64,000 nt of DNA from Klebsormidium nitens (taxonomy: Eukaryota; Plantae; Klebsormidiophyceae). The stretch spans positions 62,001 to 126,000 of the forward strand of contig DF237014.1 in assembly GCA_000708835.1 (NCBI GenBank), given 5' to 3'. The notes beneath the pieces were generated by a model. The model had not been told where the DNA came from and made no database searches. It saw only the letters and a list, made by a program, of their open reading frames with translations. The position numbers and the translations under genes were made by a program. Shown here in pieces: positions 37,601 through 50,774 of the stretch. Each line of letters starts with the position of its first letter. Position 1 is the stretch's first letter.

Positions 37601-39632
37601 AGATGACTTCGCAGATCTCAAGCTCCTCAATGCAGTGGAAGAAACATTGATGTGACCTGAGAGCCCGTGAATATGGCCAGCATAAGGTAACCTTCTCGAC
37701 GAAAAGATGACAACTCAACGGTGTTTCGCATACCTGTCAGGATGCAGAGCGCCTGCTGATGACACGGAGAGCGCAATCTCCGGAGACTGGAACGTGCTTG
37801 CCCTCATGCGGAAGGGCCGGACTGCATGGCTGATCAGCGTAGGACTTGACTTGGCCTGCAGGGAGTGGACTTCTTTGAACTCTGCTTGTAGCATTAAACT
37901 GCTCAATTGAGAAACCCCTCTGTACGAGTGACACTTAATAGTATGTCGAAGGGCCTCTCAAGCAATGCAGATGGTTTACTTTCATTCCCTGTGAATCTGT
38001 CCAAAAAAAAGGGGCGTAATCAAGTCTAGGCTGACTGGTTCTTAAAATCCTGCTTAAAGATTCCAATCTGAGAAGGAAGGAGCACAGATTGGAGACTAAT
38101 CAAAACAAACACTCGTAAACCACAAGCAAGAAGCTGTGAGATCAGGAATTTCAGATAGTAGATAACAATGCAGACAAACAAACAAAACAAACCAGTGGAG
38201 GGGCCAAAACACAAAGTCTCTTCACACATTGAGTATTGAGTAAGCTGGCCGCTTTCGAAAAAACTTTCTACAATCCAAAGAAAGTTTGGGTAGTGCTCAA
38301 ATAGGCTTGATGCAAGCAGTAGCCAAATCAGCAAGTGAGAATGTGTGAAGATACAAACAGAAAAAGTGCCAACTCAACACTGAAGGAAAGATATCTTAGA
38401 TCGCTCCTTGACTGCTCTAGGCCCTTAATGCAACCAATGTTCCAGGACCGAGCTGCAAGTGAAGGCTCCTAAATGCCCCAACATACTGTCAAAGTTTCCG
38501 TATGCATTTAAAACATTGACCACCAAAGTGATCAACTCCCACTAACATGTCCATGGCATGTCCCTGCTCCACAAACCTTCAAGGATCTAGCTAAGATGCA
38601 ACTGACACAGGTTCTTCATACTCCAGACAGTCTCTTCAAATCACAAGCCAGGATTCATGATAGAGCAACCAGCACGTCTCTGCTGTGGGGTAAAGTCCAG
38701 GCGCTTTGCATCTTGGTAAGATCTATTATTCACAGCTGCTTCAGGTATTTACCAGCAGATAAGACCAATTGAAGCCTCAATAGGCTCTTCACAGGACCAC
38801 AATATCTGATCAAACAACCACTCTCAGCACTTTGCAGTGCATGTTAGATATACTATGGTTATGCACCCTTTCGCCCTCCATCATATTGAAATGAACGTTC
38901 AGAAAGTTGTGCAAACAATATTCACAATACGCGTATGTATAAGCTCACCTGCATGAAGTTGAGCACGTCCTGGCTGAGCCGCATTTCGTACTTGATGCAC
39001 AGCTCTTTCTCCAGCTGCAGCGTGTACGTCCTGCTCTCCACCAACAGCGCTGTCCCTTCCACCTGCTTCCTGCCGTTGGTCTGCGCTTCCCACCTCACTC
39101 GCTTCTCCGCGGGGTAATATACCAGCACCCTCTGCTCCACGGGCTTCTGTGGGAAGGGCAGAGAATCGTCCCATCTGACTTCCACTTCCGGCGGCAGGAG
39201 GAAGCCCCGCCCTGGCTGGAAGGGGGTGCACTGTGCGGAAAAGGGGAAGAAGGTGCCGTCTAGGACGATGCCCGCCGCATTTTGATCAACGTTGTTGATT
39301 GCAGAATGGAGCAGCCTGTGGATCGTTGTCAGCTGCTCCTCCTGCGCCTGGTCAAAAGGAAAGCTGCGAGATGGCCACTCGCCGCTCAACAGCTTGCTGC
39401 CACCGGCTTGGCCATTCGGCGCTCCTGCGAGGACCCCCGCGGTCTGCTGCTCAGACCCAGATGGTCGTGCCCCCACTCCTTTTAGATATGGCCCCTGCTT
39501 CAGCATTGCCACGGCCGTTCCATTTCGGCCGGAAGGCAACTGTCCATTGGGCATCTGATGTCCGTACATCAGATTAGCCATCCCCAGGCCAACCATCTGC
39601 AGCGACTTCTGCGAGCCTGCTGTTAAGCTCAT
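34607..39632 (-). CDS. Large orphan Q/P/G-rich protein, putative transcriptional co-regulator, with five [MI]IPTPG motifs and an acidic C-terminus; 4 exons
   Basis: Exons 39632-38949, 37855-37734, 37448-35368, 35055-34607 are GT-AG and in phase. Contains QQQ and PQPQP runs and ends in an acidic-hydrophobic tail (ELMELDADFLDINLDDGTLFD). Confidence 0.7.
35792..35845 (-). repeat. In-frame 18-bp x3 coding repeat (MIPTPG MIPTPG IIPTPG)
   Basis: Direct translation of the minus strand. Confidence 0.9.
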
Positions 39633-40937
39633 GCCTTGGGGACGGCGTCAGTCAAGCCGGCACTCCCAAGAGCCGCAAATTCTTGGATGCATGTGAGGCC
39701 TGGGATGAAGAACATTCTAGGAGCAATCGTGTTGCAGTCGCTGGTGCGGGACGTTGCTCTGTCAAGCTGTCCTGTCATTCCACTCGACAAAAAATCCTAT
39801 ACTGTGTGCCTACATCGCTCCCTTCTAGCTAGCTCCGCAGACAAAATCCAACCCGGCTCTCGTAAGGTAACATTTGCTCTTGACGAAGCAGCTCTGCTTG
39901 CTATCGCATGCAATCAGACCGAGACATACAGCTTGCCCGTAGAGCTCAATTTCATGGGTTTCCAAGACCCGCACCCTTCAATACCGATGGTTACAGCTAC
40001 GGGCTAGGATTGGCTGAAGAAAGTATGCTGGAGACTGGGAAAAAACCAACGAGAGTTGAAAGTGGGATCCCCTGGGTAAGTTTTCTAAAAGTTGAATCTC
40101 ACAGTCGGTGCATTGTCAACAGCATGGAGACAAAGCAAATGCGGGTCGCTCAACTCAACAGCTGCACCTTTCTTCCAGGTGCAAGTTAGATTTAATCCCA
40201 AAACTCTAAATTGACCTGTCATGCTGACAACGTGCGGCAGAACGCCTGCGGCACACGATGGAGGGAGCCATCTCCATTCCCCTCTAGCTACCATGTAGGA
40301 CTTGGTGCTTCGTTCAACTTCTCTTCAGAGACGTCCTAATTGACTCTGCAAAAGCCTCATCGACAGAAACCGCACTGCGCAGAGTCCAGACAGCCGCTGG
40401 GTAAAATCTTGGGAGGAGGTCTTGCGCCGTCGATGAAGCGTGAGCAGATTCTACGTGAGATCCTCCACGAATACACGGCTGGAAAGCAGCCAGATAAAAG
40501 CGCCAGGAAATTCTGCAGCGTTGGATGGACCTCAAGGCCGGGTTCTTTGCCTATCGCACGGTGAACAACCTGTGCCAGTGGTCACATGGTCGACTTCAAA
40601 GTCCTGGGGCCCCGGGCGTTTCAAAATGACCCCGGCGCGGCTACAGCCGCGGCCCTGGGCCAGGTGCCCGGCTCTAGCTGGCCCGGGTGGCCCCGCCCGG
40701 CCATCATTGTCTTGGGCCTAGGCCTGCTGCATTTGCTTTGCAATGGCGAAACGTTGCGTTGGCCGAGCATGAGCCGCTCCATTTTCTGTACTTTTGAAGT
40801 GATTTTTGAAATGCATCTCTGATATACTGTGTAAAGTCCTAGTGTATGAGTCTCTCTTCCCTTTTTCAGGACTTCAGGAGCTGACGGAAGACGCAGACAG
40901 ATTATAATCAGGCGCTTGAGAGAAATTTCTTTCACAA
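39633..40937. promoter_or_regulatory. Putative bidirectional promoter, orphan gene / GatC, with a GC-rich patch
   Basis: 1305 bp between divergent ATGs; GC-rich tract at ~40600-40700. Confidence 0.35.
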
Positions 40938-42333
40938 ATGACTGTCGCTGCTCGCGCCCTCCACCATGGACGGGCATTGCAGCACTTGACGGGTGCAGGG
41001 AAGATCTGGCAAACGGACGCTGCTAATTCAAATAAACTTCTTCAGAAACTTGGTATAGCACAGCATTGCAGAGTGGCGCATCACAGCAGCCACTCATTGG
41101 GTGCCATTCGACAACATCGAAAAGTTTCGTGTTCTGCGGGTGAATCCAGGCGCGTTGACCCGCCGGATGTAGCAGACTTGGCAGTTCGAGCAAGGCTTGA
41201 GGTTTCCTCAGAAGAAGTAAGTGTGACCAGAGGAATCTCTTTTCTAGTTATCAACTCTTGTCGCTATGAACCGCCTTCCCAACCAGAGAAAGAAAGCTGT
41301 CGAGGCCTTTCGAAACTTGTGGTGGGGGCCCCTGCCAATTGTGTGCGTCGGCTCTTATCTTGTATCTCCACTTCCAAGACAAAATGGCGCCGATGCCTGT
41401 GGTGGTAAGGTCTGAGCACCTTCAGAATTCATTACAAGGCCAAAATACTGCAGTGTCTGACTTCAAGATTTCAATTTAACAACCATCGTCCCTGACAAGA
41501 ACATTCTGTTTGTGCTCACAGATTGAGGACTGGACGCCAAAGATTGGCAAAATCATAGATTGGTAAGTTGGGGCCCACGCTGTTAAGCTTTTCAAGAATC
41601 CAAGCACCTCATCAGTTTCTTGCTGTACTCCTCCGTCCCAACTTTCTTCCATGTTCAGGTTCTGTTTCTGTGTCCGGTGCTCACACGATTCAGATTGTGA
41701 CTCTCGCTGGTGATTGACGGTTGACAGCCTATTCCACAGGTTTGGCCAACTTCAAGAAATAGACGTTGAGGGGGTACCGCCAGCTCTTCGCGCAGGCGGT
41801 GATCGGACGGGAAACACAGTGCAAAAGGACGAGCCCCGAGCGTTTGGGAATCGGTGAGTCCTCCTTCCAATTACTGATGGGGTCCCTTCAATCAGTATCT
41901 CTGCCTGAGCGTTGTGCATATAACACAAACCATTTTGGGTCTGCCAAGGTGCACCCTTTGAGTGATGGATCTTTAGCTTCAGTTGCTGGAAGTTTGTGGA
42001 ACACGAAAGGGCATCAGATGACTTTTGATACCAGCGTCATATGAGGTCAATGGTGCAATACTGAACTGCGGTGGTTTTGCAGAGGCCTGTTCCCCAAAAA
42101 GTGCCCTTGGTGTATAACGACCAGACTCTCTGGTTGTCACAACACATTTACAATTGCTTTGGATCTCAGAAGTCTCCTCAGGAACATGCCTCCCACAGAA
42201 TCTGCGGTCATACTTCTGCCCTTGATGGCTGGTCCAACTGCTGTTCTGCAGGGACGCCCTATGGGATGCAGTTCCGTCCAAAGAAGGCCCATTCATTCGG
42301 GTGCCTAAGATCTTGAATGAAAGTACAGATTGA
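40938..42333 (+). CDS. gatC: Glutamyl-tRNA(Gln) amidotransferase subunit C, organellar; 4 exons
   Basis: Exons 40938-41216, 41522-41562, 41740-41853, 42252-42333 give a transit-like N-terminus then PPDVADLAVRARLEV...KIGKIIDWFGQLQEIDVEGVPPA...FIRVPKIL. Confidence 0.9.
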
Positions 42334-43616
42334 GTTCTCTGGCAGTGCACTACGCCCCTCAGAAGATATCGGGTAACTTCTAAAAGTATCGACCACTGAA
42401 CAAACCAGAAGATGTGAAGATAATTTTGTTACGTTCATACCGGCCTTTCGTCAGCTTCAAGTGGAGCTTGGAGCGAAAATTCACATCTTTTCGATGTTGG
42501 CTGCGTGCAATTGGGCGCTTGCCGGATTGGGAGAATGAGGAGGACGATCTAGACATACTATCGCAACGAGCCAATCAACCAAAGCGCCCTTCCTCATCAA
42601 TCCACTTATGCACGTCACGTGCCAGCAACCGAAACTTGCGGTTGGACAAGCGACTGCTTGCCGTGCAATCGTTCGTCAGACTCTTTGCGGGCGCATGGTT
42701 TGATGGATGTCACAAACTAAAGCACTTTCGACATGCAGCAGTATCATAGCATGGCTGGGTGCAGCCTTTCTTTCAGTCACTCTTGATGGGACGAACACTC
42801 CGGGTCCAGATGATGCGTCGTAGTGACATGGTATTAACGATCTCTTGTGAGCACGCTGACATTTTGGGCAACAGTCAAACTGCAGATCCAGTCATGTGCA
42901 TCAGGCCCAGCCGGGCGTGTCCAGGCCGTCACTGATCTGTGTCTGCAAGCATGTGCTGGACTTCGGTGATCAATTCCATATACAATGATCTGATCACGTG
43001 TCATGGCAATACGTGGCTACATATACCAACAATGGACTTCAATGCACAAGCCGCGCACTTTTGAGCACACGTGTGTGTAGTGGACAATCCGGTCGCTGTC
43101 ACATGCGTTATTGTATACAAGGAGTCAGCGCGGCCAGGTTTTGCCAGTGAATATTCACGATTTGTGTGAATCTGAGCTCGGAAATTACAATCACCACGCC
43201 GTGAATTGACAAATTTGACTTGATCTCCAGACGGCTCGCAACAAACCTTAATCCCATAGCTAAATATTGCTGCCACTGTTATCATCCTATGCTTAGGATG
43301 CACATTCTGACAGCCACGCTGTTTAACCAGGGTATAGTTATCTGGTAGCGAGATATCTGGCGTTCATCTCTGTCTTCTCGCAGAGTAGACCAGGGTATGT
43401 TGTACTTGGTTGCAAGATATCTTGCGATCAACTTTGTCTTCTCGCGTGTTCCAGATCAATTACGTGTCTCCTTGCAGTGTCAGAATCGTGAACAATGTGT
43501 TGTGTCTTGCTATGTCTGGCGCGCTACTTGTGCCTACTCACAAATAAAGGTATCTGGATTCTGGTGACCTGAATCAATGGGCGACAACTACGATGCTAGA
43601 AGAACAAGCATCTCAA

Positions 43617-46600
43617 TTATTTGTGCCCAACCCTTCTCGTGATACCTGCCCTAGAAGTCCGACTACTAACTACAACCCGCTCTTCGGAACGCTCTATGTT
43701 CTTTTCTGCTTTTGCCGCCGTTGCCCGGTCAGCCTTGTCTGCCATTTCCGAAAGCGCGAACAAACTAAGAGCTCGTGTGAAACTGTCGAGGTCAAAACTA
43801 TCTGTGTCTGTCTTTGTAAGAATCTCTTTTACAGATTTTGAAGGGCTATCATGTACACCTGCTACGGCGGGTTTGCTTTCTGTCTCTTCCTCCCCAAACA
43901 GTTGTGTTGTCATACTGCCACCTGCATACACAAAAACGGAGGCTTGCTGTTGTTGGCACAGTTTTGGCCAGAATTAAGAACGGCCTGATCGATTCGAGTC
44001 GGTCATTCGTCAGGATGACTTGATGTGTTCCCAAAGGATCGTCTGCTGCGTCTCTCTCTGTCACCTCAACAAGCACTTGCCCTAAAGCCTCGTATATTCT
44101 GGTGAAATCGAAAATTCGCTTCGCCGAAAGTTTGTCCCCAACGAACACGCGAAACCCTGTTCAGTCTGTCTCAAACCAACGCCCCAACCGACAACCAGAG
44201 CAAACAGTCCCGTGGCAGAAAACAGGGAAGCTAGAATCAGACACGGTCTCTGTGACTTATCTTTAGAGGATGGTATTAGAGGCATCTCAGGCAGCCCTTC
44301 ATCAAACATTGGAAACCAATTATGAGGAAGGAGCCCCTCAATGGTGAACGCCAACAGTGACTTGCGTAAGCTGCTGAGGGCAGACGTCCTTCCCAGTTCA
44401 AAACCAGCCTAACCTACTTCCAGGGACTCGACGTCTTCCCTGCAGGAATCAATTTCGCGCAACAGACAAAACCACGCAAACTTGGAACCCAAGCCAATCG
44501 ATAATGTTCTGCCAAATACTTTGATGGCTCACCTAGGATGAGGGCCGCCCCCAACCACCCCATAGGACCCCACCGCTCGCCTAGCAAAAGCCACGCAAAC
44601 CCAGCACCCCACAGCGGCTCGATCGTGTACACAAGAGCGGCCTCCGTGGCTGAGACGTCATGCAGGGAAACGACCTGCACAAGCCAGTCGCATGCTGTGT
44701 GAGTCAGCAAACCAGTCAGTCTTGAGATGCTTCAGCCTGCAGAGGGACGTGAGACAGACTTCATGCATGAGCCAGCATAGGGAACTGACCGACTTTACAA
44801 AAGGTTGAGCTGCAACTGGCTGACGGTCGACTTTCTCCCATGCGACAGAAAAGTTCTCCACCTTGTTAGGAGGAGAAAAAGGACCACGTACCCCCTGATT
44901 CGAACATCCTGTCTCATGCGAATAGGAAACGTCTTCAATCCGGTAAGATCAGGAATTGCTTCTAAAAAGATAGCCACAAGAAGCTTACCTCAATCCAAAG
45001 GCACAGGGCAGTGGTGAAAACCCCGGTGTAGAGCATGGGCCACCAGGGCACTCCCTGTAACCCTTGCGCCAGCGTGCCCACGTCTCCCGCAAACAGCGCG
45101 TTCAACACCGTCAAGTCGCCGCTATGCAAGTGGCCAATGAGCGCCCAGGCGGCGGAAGCTGCAGCAGTCACTGTCATCTGTCCCAAAAAGGTAAGAACTG
45201 CTTGGGACATGGTTCACAAGCAACAAAAGCGTGCCAACTGCAAAAATTCCAGTGCAACCCTGCACTTTACCGACGTTAAGGAACCCAATCATCCGGCCCT
45301 GTTTGAAACAAATTGAATCAACTGACTTGTAGGAAGCAGATTGAAACTACTAAAGTGATGAGGCAACGCACCCAAGCAAGTCATTTCAGGTTAACATTTA
45401 TCCTGAAGAAAAGCTCCAAAACTCATCTTCGAACGTCCAGACAGGAACAGCGGTGAACGTACCTGAAGGCCAATCAGTGCCATGGAGTCCTCCTTGCGGA
45501 GCGACCTTGAGTGGTGCTCGGTCCGCAACATCTGAACGCCAAACAGCACAGCGCTCAACAACGCCCACACGTCGCCGATCTGCAAACAAAGATACCTTAG
45601 GTCAGCCGCACTGCACAAACCAAAACACAAATTGGCTGTTAAGATTTGTGCAAAAAGCAGCAATTTCTGGGGTTTACTTGATCCAGATTCCCCTGCAAGA
45701 GCACTTTCCGGATTAATTTAGGCAACGCAACGCAGCGTTCAAGGGGGGCACACAGCGGTGGGAAAGAGAACACTTCCGCGACCATGTGCAAAAGGGTGAG
45801 AATTCTTGCACAAAAGCTGGTTCATTGCGGCGTTCACTCACCGCTGGTGGCGCTCCGCTCGACTCAAGAAGCCCGACCCCAGCGAGGGCTGCCGCTGCTG
45901 ACACCCACGTGAGGGGAGAGATCTTCTTGCCAAAGAGGCCAGCAAGCAGGGGCACCACAATGACCTGGAAAGACCTCCGGGTCAGGAATCTTAATGCGGA
46001 CGAATAATGATGAGTCACCAAGCGGACACCTCACCAGACCGGCGTCAAAGGAGACACAGCTATCGAAAAGCGTGACCCCCAGTTCTGTCGATTGGACACC
46101 CCACGAGGAATGAGAGGCCTCGCCATTAAAACAAAGTCAAGCGTGTCACAAGCAACTCTGTTGACACTGGCATAGCTGACACACGCTGAGCCAACAAGGT
46201 CTGGCCACTTCGCTCCACTCAAGCACAGGCTTACCGTAAACGTGGAAATGAATGAGACGCGCCCAGCGTCGCTGGTCTGGAGGGCAAGCGCCTGCAGAGG
46301 GGAGGCACTTCATACTTCAGCACTGGTTCCTTGAAATCTATTTGACGAACAAGCTCATGTCCCAATGGAATATAGATACGGTGCTCGCCAGCCACATCAA
46401 GGGGATCGCGTCAAAAAGGCTGCACCAGCCCTCGCTATTGTTCTACAGGGCTGGGCCATACCTGAGTGAGATACGCAATGCTGGCCCAGAGCCCCAGCTC
46501 TCCGCCGGCTTTGCGTATCCTGGGGTCTCTCAGGGCCTTCCACAACCATGGACCAAACGCAATTGACCCAATGCCAAACCTCCCCGCTGCAAAGGTGGCT

Positions 46601-48031
46601 GGGTCCAACAATGTCGCAGAATTCTTCAACACGGAAACATTGCTGCCTGCAAACAACAATCAAGAAAAGGGGTTTTAAGCAAAACAGACGGCACTGAACC
46701 TGAAGTAGTCAATGTTTCTGCCCCCTGGTTGGGGAAAAGTCAGTAATAAACATCAAAAAGGAAGTCAAAAGTGACTCCTCCTTTCACTAGCCATCCGATG
46801 CCCGGCTGATCGAAACAGAGTGGCTTTAGGTTCAACCCCAAGACAACAAACAGACGCACATGCAACACTAGGGAAAATTGTCATAAAGGCATGCGTGCCT
46901 GTATTTGGGCCTCAAAGAGTGGTGGAGGCAGAGCGACCATCCAGCGATAAGAAGTGACAAATTGGGGTTTCAATGCTGCAAATAATCAAGAAATAGTCTT
47001 GCAAACGAATTTGGTAGTACAGCATGCAATGTTCAAATTCAAAGACCTGGGAAGAGCAGATCAGAAGCTCTTGACTCACCATACAAGAATGTCAACAAGT
47101 TAAGAAGCATGAGGCCCTTCATCCGCGCATCGAATTTGCCCGTGATTCTAGAAAACCAATTCCCGCCTCCCTCCGCTTCCTGCTTGCCCTCGTTTGCCTC
47201 TTGCTCTCGTCGTCTCTCCTCATCTGGCACAACTTCCTGCTCCTCCCGCTTTCCGTTTTTTTGACTGTCAGAAGCAAAGGCAAACCCAAAGTGCGAGCTT
47301 CTGCCAGAGGTCTCAGCCTCTTCTTGCTTCTCGCTGCTGCTCCGCTCTGGCTCATCAGCCTTGATGGCCCTGTACAATGCCAAAGCTTGAGACTGCTGTA
47401 TTGAACTGCATGCAGCTTCCTCGTCCTCTCCTGACCCCTCCCCGTCCCGGGACTTGCTCCTTCTGCCACTCAACCAATTCTGCGCCTCACTTGAGTCCAA
47501 CCACTTCTCCGCCTGCGGCTGATTAGACTCCACCCACTCCTCCAAGGCATTCAATGCCACCTGCCGCATCTCCGCCTGCTCCTCGGGTGTGAACTCATCC
47601 CACCATTCCAGTTCCTCCTCCCTGGACAAGACAGCCGAGCGGAGTGCCTCCTTCACAACGCCAACCTTCCCTTTTGATACCTCCGGCTCTGCCGACTTGT
47701 TCTTTGGCTCCCTTGGATTTCCTTGTCTAGTGTGTGCTTGTAAGGGGCTGCTCACCGCCGCTTGCCCAGCCAGCCCACTCAGACTCGGTCTGCGCGACCT
47801 TCCGCTGCCAAGCCCACATCTTATGCCCGGTCCGGAATTGCTGTCCGGCAGAGAAAACCGCCGCTGTCTAGATCTCATGAGGGGGCTTGCGTTGGCAGAG
47901 TTACTCCATGGGGATGGAAGAAGTGCTTGAGGGAGGGGAGATGGGGTTCGAGTAGAAGTCTCGCATGGGCAACCAGGCAAGACAACCGATAGTGACAGCC
48001 TCCGTGCTGAAGCAGCCATGGCGGGCGACAT
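43617..48031 (-). CDS. EamA/DMT-family membrane transporter, probably plastid-targeted; 8 exons
   Basis: Exons 48031-47080, 46646-46462, 46291-46235, 45964-45842, 45579-45463, 45177-44989, 44674-44533, 43921-43617. Two EamA-like repeats (FAAGRF, DAGRVSFI, IGDVWALLSAVLFG, YTGVFTTALCLWIE, SATEAALVYTIEPLWGAGFAWLLLGE). Confidence 0.88.
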
Positions 48032-48887
48032 GGCGGGCGGCAAGAACCGCAACAGTCGGTGCTGGGAAAGGCTGCTGAAAAGCAACCGACCTATCAACCA
48101 ACTAATGAACCAATAATCGACCAGCAGGACCTCAAATGTAACCCATGTTGGGCCCAAAAGGTGCTCGACAGCAAAGTGGTGAATGAAAGTCCAACCCCGC
48201 CAAAGCCTCGCCCTTCTGACCGTGACAGATCCAGAACGCGGTCAATGGCTTCCTCTTTCCTCGAATGTGAAGGCTGCCGACACCGTAGCATTGAGCAAGA
48301 AGGAAGCCCTCCAGGTCCCAGGCTCCTCGAGCCGCCTCGTCAGGAGTGAGTCAGGGCCCTGAGGCCGATTTTGCTGGCGCCTGTTGCACGAGTCGGAGGA
48401 AAGATCTGTGCGCCACGTGTTTGGGAAGGTCCATGCTTTCTCCCCCGGGCACATGTTGCTCTGTCCCGCCTCTTTGGCAGGTTGGTTATGTAACCGGCGG
48501 GCAACCGGACACTGGCCCGAACATCTCCCGAGGGCCTTGATATCCATTTATCCTGAGCAGGATCCGCAGATTTGCGGCTTCACCGTTACCACCGTTGCCG
48601 GGTGTATTTAACTTGATCAAGCCCGTTGACATGACCACCTTTACCGTCCACAGTCGGAGACCGTAGCTGTAGTCCTAGCTCGACGTGGCAGAATTGTGAT
48701 CACTGATCTCTGGACACCTTCCAAGACTCCCGCCGGCGCGGCGCGGCGCATTGGCCGTACCGTAGACGGCGTAGTAGGTAGGTCGAACTTGGGCGTGACT
48801 CCGTGAGATCTCAGACTCAAGCTGGGACTACAAGTTGGCATCACAGACGGCAGGAAGGTGAGGGTGGGAGACGCTTGCCATCTAAGA
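48032..48887. promoter_or_regulatory. Putative bidirectional promoter EamA / SDHAF1
   Basis: 856 bp between divergent ATGs. Confidence 0.4.
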
Positions 48888-49160
48888 ATGGTAGGCCGCC
48901 TATCTGGCATTCAGAAGCAGGTTTTGGCCCTCCACAGATCATTCCTCCGGTGTGCTCGCAGTAAACCTCAGGACGTTCGGAGACCACTTGAAGAGTACAT
49001 CAACGCAGAGTTTCGAAAGGATGCACGCCGCATCGATAGGAAAAACTACCTGCTGATTGAGCATCTTCTTCGAAAAGGAAAGAAACAGCTTGAGGTGTTG
49101 CGGAGTACCAACGGGTTTTCGGTGGCCAAGATCTCGCATAACAATCATGAACAGTCTTGA
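48888..49160 (+). CDS. SDHAF1: Succinate dehydrogenase assembly factor 1-like (complex I LYR family), single exon
   Basis: LSGIQKQVLALHRSFLRCARSK...EFRKDARRIDRKNYLLIEHLLRKGKKQLEVL. Confidence 0.85.
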   Translation: MVGRLSGIQKQVLALHRSFLRCARSKPQDVRRPLEEYINAEFRKDARRIDRKNYLLIEHLLRKGKKQLEVLRSTNGFSVAKISHNNHEQS

Positions 49161-50774
49161 AAGCAGTTCACTTGCCCAGCAGTCTTCTTTGTTTGACAGC
49201 ATTTTCCAGTTCAGTTACATGTACAGGGTTCGGGAGGGCAACCTGCAGCCATTCAATTGTCTGCATACTGTGGATGCACCGGTGAAACTTCAAGTAGGGA
49301 TGGACTGGCGCCCCTGGCTTTAGATAGCTGCAACCACAAGTAGCACCTAAAAGTCTGGTCAAGACTGGCGTGCAGTTGTGGTGATGATTCTTAGATTTTG
49401 ACATCCCAAGCCTTCAAAGATTTACCACCACCACCATCGCCTTCAGCAACCAATGCACAAGGTAAATATCTGAAACCCTGCAGGGGATCACCTCTCTTGT
49501 CCAGAATTCTGGCCCCCACTTATTGCAGCTTTGCCTTCTCCTGCTTATGTCCCCCAGCACTTCACAGCCTTAGATATAGAGGGATCGACTTGTTGCAAAC
49601 TGGTCTCTTGAGTACTGGGGTCGGCACATCAACCTACCTAATCGAAGTGGCAGCTTCTTACTGAGTTACTTATGGATGTCATGTGCAGGTGGACAGTTCG
49701 TTTGGCGCACACTTAGAACCTCCTGCTTCTTGAAGGTTGCTTCGAAACACTTTCTTGACAACCTTACCTTTTGCAAGTACTTTGTGAGCAGATGCTCAGA
49801 AAATCCTGAACAGTGGTCATCGAAGTGAGGTCAACATTTGTGGCAAGGTATAGGCTAGTTTTGGTTTGTGAAGATCGAAGATGGCGATTAGTCATGGACT
49901 CTTTTTTGTTATTCATGAATTTATTGGATCGCACTTGCATGGAAATCTCGGTGATGGCATAACTTGAACACAGGCCGTGATTGACGGTGGTCAAAGTTTC
50001 GCTTTGAGGTTGTTGCTCAAGTATATCCGGTGTGTATGTTTGTAACAGCCGCATTCATGTTACATGGTATACGGATTGTGTCTATCCGTATGTGATGCAG
50101 GCGACGTTCTTGACATCCGCAGGGCCCCTATGCAAGCCGAATTCTGACACACAAAATTTAGAAACTTGAATGGTTCATGCGCGCACATGTACATGCATCA
50201 AGTGGGACGCGTCCAAAGCCATGTCGGATGCCGTCCACCAGAAACATGAGGTATTAGTACTGCAATTACATGCTGTCCTCAAAAAAAGGTTTTGTCGCCA
50301 TCCAATTTGAATCATGGACCCGGCTCGTTTCTGGAGCCCTGGTATATCGAAGAGATTGTCTTTTGGCTTGCAATCATTCGACTCAACACTCTGAATGAGA
50401 GTTACATGCGGTTCCAGAATCGTGTCTCTTAGACCATCATTCACTTAGCTGGCTATCAATATAGAAAAAAGCGATAAAGTAAACTTTTGCATAAATCAGG
50501 ATCGTAACTCCATATGCATCTAGAATAGCCACCTGACGGTAGCTGCGTGCTATCATGAATCTCTTTCTTTTGCAATATGTGAACGTTCAAGCGTCCAGCA
50601 ACACCGCCGTCATAGGAACTCGAATATCAAGGGGCCTGCCAAGCCACTAGATTGGCCATCCATTTCACACAAGCTGGATAAGAAAAAGACCAGTCTGAAG
50701 CGCCATGACCAGACAAAGCTGAAATCATCAGAATCTTTACAAACAGTATAAGAGGACGACACATTTCGGGATGC

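Noticed and set aside
49160-50774. Possible extra small gene between SDHAF1 and eIF6 (isolated splice-like sites and short ORFs)
   Set aside because: No phase-consistent model or recognisable protein could be assembled; probably 3' UTRs.
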